A stretch of DNA of 64,000 nt from Methanobacteriota archaeon (GTDB lineage: Archaea; Thermoplasmatota; Poseidoniia; Poseidoniales; Poseidoniaceae). The translations under genes and the position numbers were made by a program. Below the pieces are notes generated by a model that was not told the DNA's origin, did no database searches, and was given only the letters and a program-made list of their open reading frames with translations. Positions within the stretch are counted from its first letter, which is position 1; each line of letters begins with the position of its first letter. The stretch lies in contig PSPR01000021.1 in the NCBI GenBank assembly GCA_004195515.1, positions 867 to 64,866 of the forward strand. Reading direction: 5' to 3'. Shown piece after piece: positions 8,854 through 15,924 of this stretch.

Positions 8854-9702
8854 TCATTGCTTCGTCCAACGGATTAGGGCTTTTTGCTCGACTTCACTAA
8901 GTTTTGCCGGGATTACCAAGCAGTGCAAGCCGCCGGTTTCACAAATGTGTAAATCCTTCAAAGGAAGATAAGAAATCGATTGATTTTTCCCGCCCATATC
9001 AGTACAAATAACGACATCTAAGTCATTGAGTTCAGCAATGATTTTTTGTGATGCTTCAAACTTTAATCGTTGAAGATTTGAATCGTTAATATCCTCATCA
9101 ATCGAATCTTCTAATTTTTTTGCCATTGCCATGATAGCTGTTTGCGCATCTTCAGGCTGCATCGGTTTTTGATTTCCAGTCCCGGCCCCGGTTGGGTCTA
9201 AGTCGAGCAAACATAGAGTGTGTAATCCTTGAATTCTATTGAGGGCGATTACCTCTAGCGGCGAGGTCGCAATCCAGCCCCCGTAGGGGTAGGTCAAGGT
9301 GGTTTGTCGACCAAATTTATAATTTGACAAACCGACAGCCCCAGTCACCAACCCAGTAATCGAAATACCGTGGATAATTTCACAATCGATTCCAGCCTCT
9401 TGAGCCTGCAATTGTAAATCGACATGGGTGGTTGCCTGGAGCGGATCTCCAACAACCAGTAAGGCTACAGACTTTTCTTTCGCTAAAGAAAGCATCTGTG
9501 ATGGCTCTTCAACCTCAGGACGCATCACTTTGGTAATTTCACCGATTTCCGTTTCTAGTTGGGCTAGAGCAGATTCACTCCAAAGCGCGGTATAGGCTTC
9601 GTACAACCTAATATCGGCTTGAGTGGCCGCCGAAATCGCCGCCCGAGTCATGTTAGAAATGCCACTAGGACCCAATCCGATCAGAATCAATCCAGCCGTC
9701 AT
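8854..9702 (-). CDS. dphB: Diphthine synthase
   Basis: Tetrapyrrole-methylase fold with 'LILIGLGPSG', 'VALLVVGDPLQATTH' and 'GLHTLCLLDLD'. I chose the start at the internal ATG at 9702, which has a GGAG/G-rich SD-like sequence upstream, instead of 9765. Confidence 0.85.
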   Translation of the reverse strand: MTAGLILIGLGPSGISNMTRAAISAATQADIRLYEAYTALWSESALAQLETEIGEITKVMRPEVEEPSQMLSLAKEKSVALLVVGDPLQATTHVDLQLQAQEAGIDCEIIHGISITGLVTGAVGLSNYKFGRQTTLTYPYGGWIATSPLEVIALNRIQGLHTLCLLDLDPTGAGTGNQKPMQPEDAQTAIMAMAKKLEDSIDEDINDSNLQRLKFEASQKIIAELNDLDVVICTDMGGKNQSISYLPLKDLHICETGGLHCLVIPAKLSEVEQKALIRWTKQ

Positions 9703-9739
9703 GCTCAAACCCCCCGCTCCCTTGGCCTTGGCGAGTATC

Positions 9740-10783
9740 ATGCGCCACTTGAGCGTGCCGAGCAAGCAAACCGCCCATTGGAGGCAATATTTAGCAAGTC
9801 AAGGGTGGCTTGCTTCAGGCTTCGGCATTCATAATTTGGACTCGATGCGAGCGATACCTTTGAACGATAGCGCACCGAATAAAATCGATATTTTCACGAT
9901 TGTTGATTTAGAAGCGATCAAAGCCGGGCCAAAGCATTGGACCGACCGCCTAGATAAACAGTTATACGATTTGCACCCAGAATTATGGCCGCAATCCCAC
10001 GACCAAATTGGCGATATAATCATATTGAAAATTCCTGAAAAATTGAATCCTTACCGAGGAGCAATTGGTCAAGCAATTTTAGAACAACATAGCAATGTTC
10101 GCGCGGTATGTGCTGATGAAGGGGTTCAAGGGGAATTCAGGATAAGAAAATTGGACGTTATAGCTAGTGGAGACGGTTCGATCTCAACCCAAACCAGAGT
10201 GAGGGAACACGGTAACCAATTTTATGTCAATCCCCAAACGGCATATTATTCACCAAGGTTGGCTACCGAGCGGCTAAATACATTACAAGTTGCAATCGAT
10301 CTAAAGGCATATTTGGGCCGACCAATCGATATTTGCGACCCATATGCTGGAGTTGGCCCCGGCCTGGTCCCTCTAGCAAATAGCACAGGGCTCTGCAATA
10401 GTATTACAGCAGCAGATATCAACCCTGGCGCGGTTGAATTACTCAAGCAAAATTTGCCTGGTCATTGGGCCGAATGTAGAGATGCCCGCGAATTATCAAA
10501 TGAGAAACCAGAGTGTGCAGATCTATTGTTGGTAAATTTACCACACGAGAGCATAGAGCATTTGCCTCACTTAATCCCATTATTAAAAACGAATTCAAAA
10601 TCAATTATTAGGGCATGGGCGATTTTAGATCAATCAATTTTAGGAGAAATTGAACTCAAATTAAGAGAAATATTGTCCAAGGAAGAAATAATATCGCTCA
10701 AATTAACCGCTACAAAATCCTATTCGCCTAGCGATGCATATACTTGCATCGAGATTCATTTGATGCGTCAATCTCATCAATGA
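9740..10783 (+). CDS. trm5: tRNA (guanine37-N1)-methyltransferase, Trm5/TYW2 family
   Basis: 'DPYAGVGPGLVPLA' is the SAM motif I and 'VNLPH' is the NLP catalytic motif. The start is uncertain: the ORF is open from 9623, but that would overlap dphB. Confidence 0.7.
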   Translation: MRHLSVPSKQTAHWRQYLASQGWLASGFGIHNLDSMRAIPLNDSAPNKIDIFTIVDLEAIKAGPKHWTDRLDKQLYDLHPELWPQSHDQIGDIIILKIPEKLNPYRGAIGQAILEQHSNVRAVCADEGVQGEFRIRKLDVIASGDGSISTQTRVREHGNQFYVNPQTAYYSPRLATERLNTLQVAIDLKAYLGRPIDICDPYAGVGPGLVPLANSTGLCNSITAADINPGAVELLKQNLPGHWAECRDARELSNEKPECADLLLVNLPHESIEHLPHLIPLLKTNSKSIIRAWAILDQSILGEIELKLREILSKEEIISLKLTATKSYSPSDAYTCIEIHLMRQSHQ

Positions 10784-10929
10784 CAAGCCTCTCGGGAGTA
10801 AATATGCTAACCCGTGTCAAGTGTGTTTGTGGAGCCGAATCTGACATTTCTGGAGTCACACCTCGTCTGAATGGCATTGAAGTGTATTGCAAAGTTTGCG
10901 GCGCGGTTACCACACATTTCGACGAATAA
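10780..10929 (+). CDS. Small zinc-ribbon protein (49 aa)
   Basis: Contains 'CVCG...(23 aa)...CKVCG'. Its ATG overlaps the trm5 stop codon (ATGA at 10780-10783). Confidence 0.5.
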   Translation: MTSLSGVNMLTRVKCVCGAESDISGVTPRLNGIEVYCKVCGAVTTHFDE

Positions 10930-11934
10930 TTATTCTTCGTCTCGCTTGGTAAAAGCAACGAAAGCGATGATTAGAGATATTTCTAAAACGCCTACAGGAT
11001 AAGGCAATACAGAATCTTCACCATTTTCAACATCTTTTGTTTGCACTTCGTTGAAGTCTTCTTCCATTATCATAAACCACGCTAAATCACGCGGAATGTC
11101 CTCGGTCAAAAATTCGTGACCTTCTTGGTTTACCAAAAAATCATCTTCGATTCTAATACCAAACCAGCCATCGTGGTAAATCCCCGGCTCGATTGTTATC
11201 GCATCATATACCATCAAGGGTTGTTGGTTATAGGTAAGCCCAAACAAAGGGTCATCCGTGCCGCTGGAGAGCAACGGTGGTTCGTGTACACAGACGCCAA
11301 AGCCATGGCCAACGCTGTGGATGAATAGGTCGCCATAGCCCTGTTCTTCGATATGGGTTCGGGCAATATCGTCAGGAAGCCAAGCGGGAGTGCCTGCTTC
11401 AATGACCGGGAAAGTCAGATTTTGGGCATCGTAAACCGCCATATAAGAAGAGATAATGGTTTCATTTTCCGTCCCTCCAACCACATATGTTCGAGTGACA
11501 TCACTTACCCAATCGTTTACTCTTGCTCCAAGATCTACTACGACCACATCACCGATTTCAACAATTTTTGGTCCTGCTCCATCAAAATCTCCATCGCCAT
11601 GAGGAATTGCCCCATTTGCACCAGAGGCGATGATGGTTTCAAACGATTGCCAATTTGGATTGGACCCCGCTTCGACCATGACCCGGTCGACCTCATCGGC
11701 AATTTCTCTCTCACTATAATTAGCGCCCATCAGCACTTCCCACAGCATATATCGGGCGGTTTCTTGGCCGAGTCCAGCGATTCGTGTGGTTTCGCGAATC
11801 GATTCATCCTTATCAGGGGAGATTCCTGTCGGCGAAGGAAAAAACCCGTTGGCAGCACGAGCAACTTCGGTTTCACACGCAGTTGTTAAAGGACTGAGCA
11901 AAATGAGCAAAATTCCGACCGTCAATAGGCGCAT
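10930..11934 (-). CDS. Exported, C-terminally membrane-anchored M24-family peptidase (Xaa-Pro aminopeptidase/prolidase-like catalytic domain)
   Basis: 'HSVGHGFGVCVHEPP', 'TIEPGIY' and 'IRIEDD' are M24 metal-ligand motifs. It has an N-terminal signal peptide ('LTTAC') and a C-terminal TM ending in 'KRDEE'. Confidence 0.8.
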   Translation of the reverse strand: MRLLTVGILLILLSPLTTACETEVARAANGFFPSPTGISPDKDESIRETTRIAGLGQETARYMLWEVLMGANYSEREIADEVDRVMVEAGSNPNWQSFETIIASGANGAIPHGDGDFDGAGPKIVEIGDVVVVDLGARVNDWVSDVTRTYVVGGTENETIISSYMAVYDAQNLTFPVIEAGTPAWLPDDIARTHIEEQGYGDLFIHSVGHGFGVCVHEPPLLSSGTDDPLFGLTYNQQPLMVYDAITIEPGIYHDGWFGIRIEDDFLVNQEGHEFLTEDIPRDLAWFMIMEEDFNEVQTKDVENGEDSVLPYPVGVLEISLIIAFVAFTKRDEE

Positions 11935-12006
11935 ATTGTATGCTCAAAGCCCTCTCATTCAAGAACAATTCGCAACAGCAAAATCCCCTGCAGTCTGTTG
12001 ATTAGG

Positions 12007-12078
12007 CGCCCGCGCCGGGAATCGAACCCGGGTCGAGGCATCGACAACGCCTCATGATAACCGCTACACCACGCGGGC
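12007..12078 (-). tRNA. tRNA-Asp (anticodon GUC)
   Basis: Hand-folded cloverleaf: acceptor GCCCGCG/CGCGGGC, anticodon arm AGGCG-TTGTCGA-TGCCT, T arm CCGGG-TTCGATT-CCCGG. Only CC of CCA is encoded. Confidence 0.9.
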
Positions 12079-12102
12079 AGCAACTCGTCGAGCAACAACC
12101 CC

Positions 12103-12110
12103 TATTTAAG
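12103..12110 (-). promoter_or_regulatory. TATA-box-like element (TTAAATAG) about 26-28 nt upstream of the tRNA-Asp 5' end
   Basis: The plus strand reads 'cctatttaag'. The spacing to position 12078 fits the archaeal TATA-to-TSS distance. Confidence 0.5.
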
Positions 12111-12141
12111 CCGCGCTCTGTGCCCTCATCGGGGAGAGAAC

Positions 12142-13539
12142 ATGGCCGGTCCAAAGACATCAGTTCAAAAGGCACGAGACGAAGCTAATTTGGCAGCAGC
12201 AGACAATATGTTCGGCAGCGCATTCGACGGGGTAGAAGACATTACTGCGCCCCCTACCCCTTCTATTACATCGGAACCGGAAGAAGAAAAAATCCTTGAA
12301 GAGGTTGAGGTAATCGAAGATGAATCGAGCGAGGAAGAAGTCGCCGAAGAAGAGGCTCTAGAACCTGAGACTCCTAGTGGCCCCCCAACCCCTCCAAGCA
12401 ATCCTCCTTCCGCCGGCCCACCAAGCGGTCCACCGGCCCCCCCTAGCGACCCCCCCTCCGGCCCACCGACGCCACCAAGCGGTCCACCATCTCCTCCGAG
12501 TGGACCACCGAGTAAGCCTCCAAGCGGACCTCCGTCCGGACCCCCTTCGCCTCCAAGCGGGCCCCCGAGTAAGTCTCCAGGCGGACCTCTATCCGGACCC
12601 CCTTCGCCTCCAAGTGCCCCACCTTCGGGCCCACCAGCTGCACCAGAAACGGTTGATGAATTAACCGAAAATCTTCCAGAGCAACAAGTAGAATCTGTTG
12701 AAGAGCAAATCGAAGAAGAAGAAATCGAAGAAGAAGAAATCGAAGAAGAAGTGATCATCAAACAGGTCAAAACTATTTCTTCACCACCCGATGTTGCAAA
12801 TCGTGCTCAAGCGGCGCAAAAAGAGATCATAGAATTGGCTACCGAAGTAAATTCGTTGCGCACCTCCCTCTCGGGAGCGGCAGAAGTGATCGAAGAATTA
12901 GAAAATCCTCCAATGCCGCCTGCGGTCTTCTTGGACATTGTAGTGCCGGACCATTTGGTAGCAGATCTAGCACGGTTGGCTCGCCAACTAAGTCGAGATA
13001 AATTGGTATCAGCCAATATGGGAATAATTTCAATGCTTCATCCAGGAATGCCTGGTGTAATGATTTCAACCAAGAAAAACACTTTACTTCCAAGGTTGAA
13101 TGAACGCGGGATCACCGGGGCACGCCTCGGACAAGGCGCACCGGAAGAAGGCCCAGATGAATGGCGTCTTCTCGAGGTATTACTCGCTTCAACCTCTTTA
13201 GAAACCGGCGGACCTGCAGCTTGTATCCAGATGCACGGACCTTATACTACCGCTGCCAGTTGTGAGAAAGATCTAATTTTATGCAGTCCAATCGACGAGA
13301 TTGGAAAGAAGATGCTTGGAAAGATCATCATCGTAGATCCCGATGATGAAAACCCAGACGATTTCCTTCGTCAAACCGCAGAAGCTCTCAAGCAAGGTGG
13401 TGGCCGATGTGTAGTCATCCGCGGCCATGGAGCATTTGTAGTTGGAAAAGACCTTGACGATGCTTGGGCAAATGCTGCAATGCTAGAACATAGCATGCAA
13501 ATTGTATTATTGGCGCGCCAGGCAAACCTCAAAGTTTGA
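12142..13539 (+). CDS. Class II aldolase/adducin-like domain protein with a long acidic and Pro/Ser-rich disordered N-terminal half
   Basis: The C-terminal 'VVIRGHGAFVVGKDLDDAWANAAMLEHSMQI' and 'IQMHGPYTTAAS' resemble class II aldolase (FucA/MtnB) motifs. Residues ~75-170 are (PPSGPPxPPSG)n. Confidence 0.65.
   Translation: MAGPKTSVQKARDEANLAAADNMFGSAFDGVEDITAPPTPSITSEPEEEKILEEVEVIEDESSEEEVAEEEALEPETPSGPPTPPSNPPSAGPPSGPPAPPSDPPSGPPTPPSGPPSPPSGPPSKPPSGPPSGPPSPPSGPPSKSPGGPLSGPPSPPSAPPSGPPAAPETVDELTENLPEQQVESVEEQIEEEEIEEEEIEEEVIIKQVKTISSPPDVANRAQAAQKEIIELATEVNSLRTSLSGAAEVIEELENPPMPPAVFLDIVVPDHLVADLARLARQLSRDKLVSANMGIISMLHPGMPGVMISTKKNTLLPRLNERGITGARLGQGAPEEGPDEWRLLEVLLASTSLETGGPAACIQMHGPYTTAASCEKDLILCSPIDEIGKKMLGKIIIVDPDDENPDDFLRQTAEALKQGGGRCVVIRGHGAFVVGKDLDDAWANAAMLEHSMQIVLLARQANLKV
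12511..12624 (+). repeat. In-frame tandem duplication, 2 x 57 nt (19 aa: SKPPSGPPSGPPSPPSGPP / SKSPGGPLSGPPSPPSAPP)
   Basis: Units 12511-12567 and 12568-12624 differ at about 8-9 of 57 positions. They sit in a wider degenerate PPSGPP repeat (about 12365-12650). A separate 15-nt repeat (atcgaagaagaagaa, x2.9) lies at 12709-12751. Confidence 0.85.
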
Positions 13540-14133
13540 TCATTGAGAATCTCGGGCCTTTTTGCAAGCCTCAACGAAGTTTTCAAACATTTCTTTTCCG
13601 AATTCGGAATCGTTAACCTCAGGGTGGAATTGTAAGCCAAAACGGTCGCCGTTTTCGTTTTCCATACCTTGAACTCCACAAGAAGGCGAAGATGCGGTGA
13701 TGAAGAATCCATCAGGAATTATATGAACTTCGTCATTATGACTTTCCCAAACGGTTTGAGTTTCATCGGTACCGGCAAAAATCACTCCACCATTCTCGAC
13801 TAGTTTGATCTCCATAGCACCAAATTCGGGTTCGGGTGACTCTCGAGCATCCCCCCCATAGTGTCGGGCCATGAATTGATGACCGGCACAAATTCCTAAA
13901 ATTGGAATTTTCAACTCGAGATATGCCCCACAATTACCTAATTCACCGGTGAGGCCAACCCGGGCTGCTCCACCCGAGAGCAACAAACCGTCCAATTGGC
14001 GCAATTTGTCTATTGGCGTGGTATTTTCAATAATTTTTGTGTCGATGCCGAGATATCTCAACATTCTCCACTCGCGGTGAGTCCATTGGCCGCCATTATC
14101 AACTACATCGATGACTAACTTGGCCTCTGACAT
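13540..14133 (-). CDS. guaAA: GMP synthase, glutamine amidotransferase subunit (split archaeal GuaA)
   Basis: Class I GATase with 'GICAGHQFM' (nucleophile Cys) and 'LQFHPEV'. I chose the start at the internal ATG at 14133 ('MSEAKLVIDVVDNGGQ'). Confidence 0.8.
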   Translation of the reverse strand: MSEAKLVIDVVDNGGQWTHREWRMLRYLGIDTKIIENTTPIDKLRQLDGLLLSGGAARVGLTGELGNCGAYLELKIPILGICAGHQFMARHYGGDARESPEPEFGAMEIKLVENGGVIFAGTDETQTVWESHNDEVHIIPDGFFITASSPSCGVQGMENENGDRFGLQFHPEVNDSEFGKEMFENFVEACKKARDSQ

Positions 14134-14228
14134 GGTTTGTGGCGGTCGCGCGACACCCATGAACATTACTTTTGCCAAAGGACACCTTCAAAGAGGGGTG
14201 GCTGGTCGCGCAGGTTGGATTGAGTACC

Positions 14229-14396
14229 ATGTCTGACGACTCTGTTGACTACAAGTGCGCCAATTGTGGCACCATCCAGAACTTTACCCGCGACCGAGAA
14301 GGTAAGTGGCAACCAGCCATGACCTGCAAGGTTTGCGGAACCCGTATTTTCGCTAAACTTCGCCGTACTGGCCACAAGATCCTCGACGCAGAGTGA
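14229..14396 (+). CDS. rpoP: DNA-directed RNA polymerase subunit P (Rpo12/RpoP)
   Basis: 'YKCANCG...(24 aa)...CKVCGTRIFAKLRR' matches the RpoP zinc-ribbon pattern. The start was chosen at the internal ATG at 14229. Confidence 0.7.
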   Translation: MSDDSVDYKCANCGTIQNFTRDREGKWQPAMTCKVCGTRIFAKLRRTGHKILDAE

Positions 14397-14450
14397 TCGC
14401 ATAAAACCCATCACAAGGGTTCAAAGACTTCGTCTTGACTATGCTGTAAT

Positions 14451-15578
14451 ATGGCGAGTTGGCTGGAGACATATGCTCCTCGCCGATTTAGCGATTTAGC
14501 GATTGCAACCCCGGCAAAGGAAGCCATCGAAAGAGTCGCCCTCAAATCAAATCTACCGCATCTTATTCTCGCTGGCCCATCGGGTGTTGGTAAAACCGCA
14601 GCTTGGAGATTGATAGCCCGCCAAGTCCTAGGGCCGGGCTGGAAAAACACAACCCACGTTCTTCAAGCAAGAGATTTGGCGCGCAAAGCAGGGGCTATGA
14701 AAATCTTCGAGGAATTTTTACGACCGGCCGGAAATAATTCCGGCGACACCTTAGCTAGCAGATCGAGCCTCGACTCTTTCGATTCCAACATTACCGTCGC
14801 CCAAACCGGGGACATCGCTCCCGCAGGAGTGGAAAACAACCAGGTATTGGGCGAGGGCATCCAACCGGTTTCTCGACTCATCATAATAGAGGACGCAGAC
14901 CATTTAGGGATGACTCGCCAGCCATATTTGCGCAGAATGATGGAATCATCCTCTGCCACTTCTAGATTTATCTTCACCGCTCGTTCGCCATCAAGAATTA
15001 TCGATGCTCTGCGATCGAGAACACAACAAATTAGAATTCCACTCTGCGACCGTGAGATAATCACCGCTAGATTAGAGGAAATCTCGAGCGCCGAAAAACT
15101 CAATCCGGTCAGAGGGATTCTTGGAGATATAGCCCATGTTGGGAACGGAAATCTTCGCCATGCAATATTTTTACAAGAATTATTGGCTAGAAGAGGACAA
15201 TTAGATAATCGAAAAAACCTCCAAGAATTAATCGCATCGACAACCCTCGTCGGAGTGCAACACGTTCTCGAAGAGGCCATCCGGGGAAGAGTCCACGATT
15301 GGCGTTGGGAAAAGAAAGCTGGGAGAAATAAGCGAATGCTCAAAGGAGCCCTTGGAGCATTGGATGATATGATGAATGAACATGCGCTTGAAGCCGACGA
15401 TGTAGTGAACCATATGCACAAATTATTAACAACGGGCCGCCTCTTATTGGAAGAAAACATGCTGTGTGACCTCTTGGTAGCACTCGCTGATTGCGATGTG
15501 AGATTACAGAGGTCGATGCACGGGCGCATCCAATTGGAAGAATTTCTCCACCAAGTAAAAGAGATCGCTACAATTTGA
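14451..15578 (+). CDS. rfcS: Replication factor C small-subunit homologue (AAA+ clamp loader)
   Basis: N-terminal 'WLETYAPRRFSDL', Walker A 'GPSGVGKT', Walker B-like 'IIIEDADHL' and sensor-1 'LRSRTQQIRI'. It contains an extra low-complexity segment of about 40 aa. Confidence 0.75.
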   Translation: MASWLETYAPRRFSDLAIATPAKEAIERVALKSNLPHLILAGPSGVGKTAAWRLIARQVLGPGWKNTTHVLQARDLARKAGAMKIFEEFLRPAGNNSGDTLASRSSLDSFDSNITVAQTGDIAPAGVENNQVLGEGIQPVSRLIIIEDADHLGMTRQPYLRRMMESSSATSRFIFTARSPSRIIDALRSRTQQIRIPLCDREIITARLEEISSAEKLNPVRGILGDIAHVGNGNLRHAIFLQELLARRGQLDNRKNLQELIASTTLVGVQHVLEEAIRGRVHDWRWEKKAGRNKRMLKGALGALDDMMNEHALEADDVVNHMHKLLTTGRLLLEENMLCDLLVALADCDVRLQRSMHGRIQLEEFLHQVKEIATI

Positions 15579-15598
15579 GACTGAGAATCGCTAGGATT

Positions 15599-15771
15599 TG
15601 TATCAAAGTCTCAACCGTCGCGTGAACATTAGATATGCTGGAGAATGTACAGTTCACGCTTGGTTCGAATCCTGCCAGGTCCTAATGTATCAAAGTCTCA
15701 ACCGTCGCGTGAACATTAGATATGCTGGAGAATGTACAGTTCACGCTTGGTTCGAATCCTGCAGGTCCTAA
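15599..15771 (+). repeat. Non-coding tandem direct repeat (87 nt + 86 nt), each unit with an 8-bp hairpin and a tRNA T-arm/3'-acceptor-like tail
   Basis: Copy 1 (15599-15685) and copy 2 (15686-15771) are identical except for a 1-nt indel (cctgCCagg vs cctgCagg). The hairpin is gcgtgaac(15620-27)/gttcacgc(15652-59). The tail 'GGTTCGAATCCTGCC' is identical to 15 nt of the adjacent tRNA-Arg. Confidence 0.9.
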
Positions 15772-15789
15772 ATTGCATTATGTTGAGAG

Positions 15790-15863
15790 CGGACACGGCA
15801 GGATTCGAACCCGCGATCTGTGGCTTAGGAGGCCACCGCCTTATCCAGCTGGGCCACGTGTCC
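15790..15863 (-). tRNA. tRNA-Arg (anticodon CCU)
   Basis: Hand-folded: acceptor GGACACG/CGTGTCC, anticodon arm GTGGC-CTCCTAA-GCCAC, T arm GCGGG-TTCGAAT-CCTGC. 74 nt, CCA not encoded. Confidence 0.9.
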
Positions 15864-15924
15864 AAGCGGCTCGACCAGCCACCCTTTGAACAACCTATCG
15901 CAATACCCTCTAACCCAAAATGAC

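Noticed and set aside
9623-9765. Long N-terminal extensions of trm5 (from 9623) and dphB (to 9765) that would make the divergent genes overlap by 143 nt
   Set aside because: The extensions lack family-typical sequence. Internal ATGs (9740, 9702) restore canonical N-termini ('LILIGLGPSG' for DphB). The remaining 37-nt spacer is very short, so the starts stay uncertain.
11353-11889. 178-aa ORF antisense to the M24 peptidase gene
   Set aside because: The opposite strand carries all the M24 metal-ligand motifs. This ORF is low-complexity and unsupported.
12365-12650. Repetitive DNA considered as a CRISPR-like or non-coding satellite array
   Set aside because: The repeats are in frame within a long ORF, degenerate at third positions, and have no unique spacers. 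It is a coding low-complexity repeat.
12165-12770. 201-aa (and nested 95- and 66-aa) ORFs across the Pro/Ser repeat region
   Set aside because: They are mirror or alternate-frame readings of the GC-rich low-complexity repeat (poly-Gly/Leu, Ser). The plus-frame ORF continues into a recognisable aldolase-like domain.
14663-15529. 288-aa ORF antisense to the RFC gene
   Set aside because: It is entirely inside and opposite a gene with clear AAA+ motifs. The product is Ser/Arg/Cys-rich with no motif. This is a typical shadow ORF.
15599-15771. Reading the tandem units as functional, split or intron-containing tRNA genes
   Set aside because: There is no complementary 5' acceptor strand anywhere nearby. 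The T-stem has C-C and T-T mismatches. No anticodon arm or D arm could be drawn. I kept it as a repeat with tRNA-derived sequence.
11935-15885. Integrated mobile element or provirus using tRNA-Asp or tRNA-Arg as an attachment site
   Set aside because: There are no integrase, transposase or viral hallmark genes between or beside the tRNAs. The intervening genes (guaAA, rpoP, rfcS) are core archaeal genes. Only the short tRNA-like repeat hints at past recombination.
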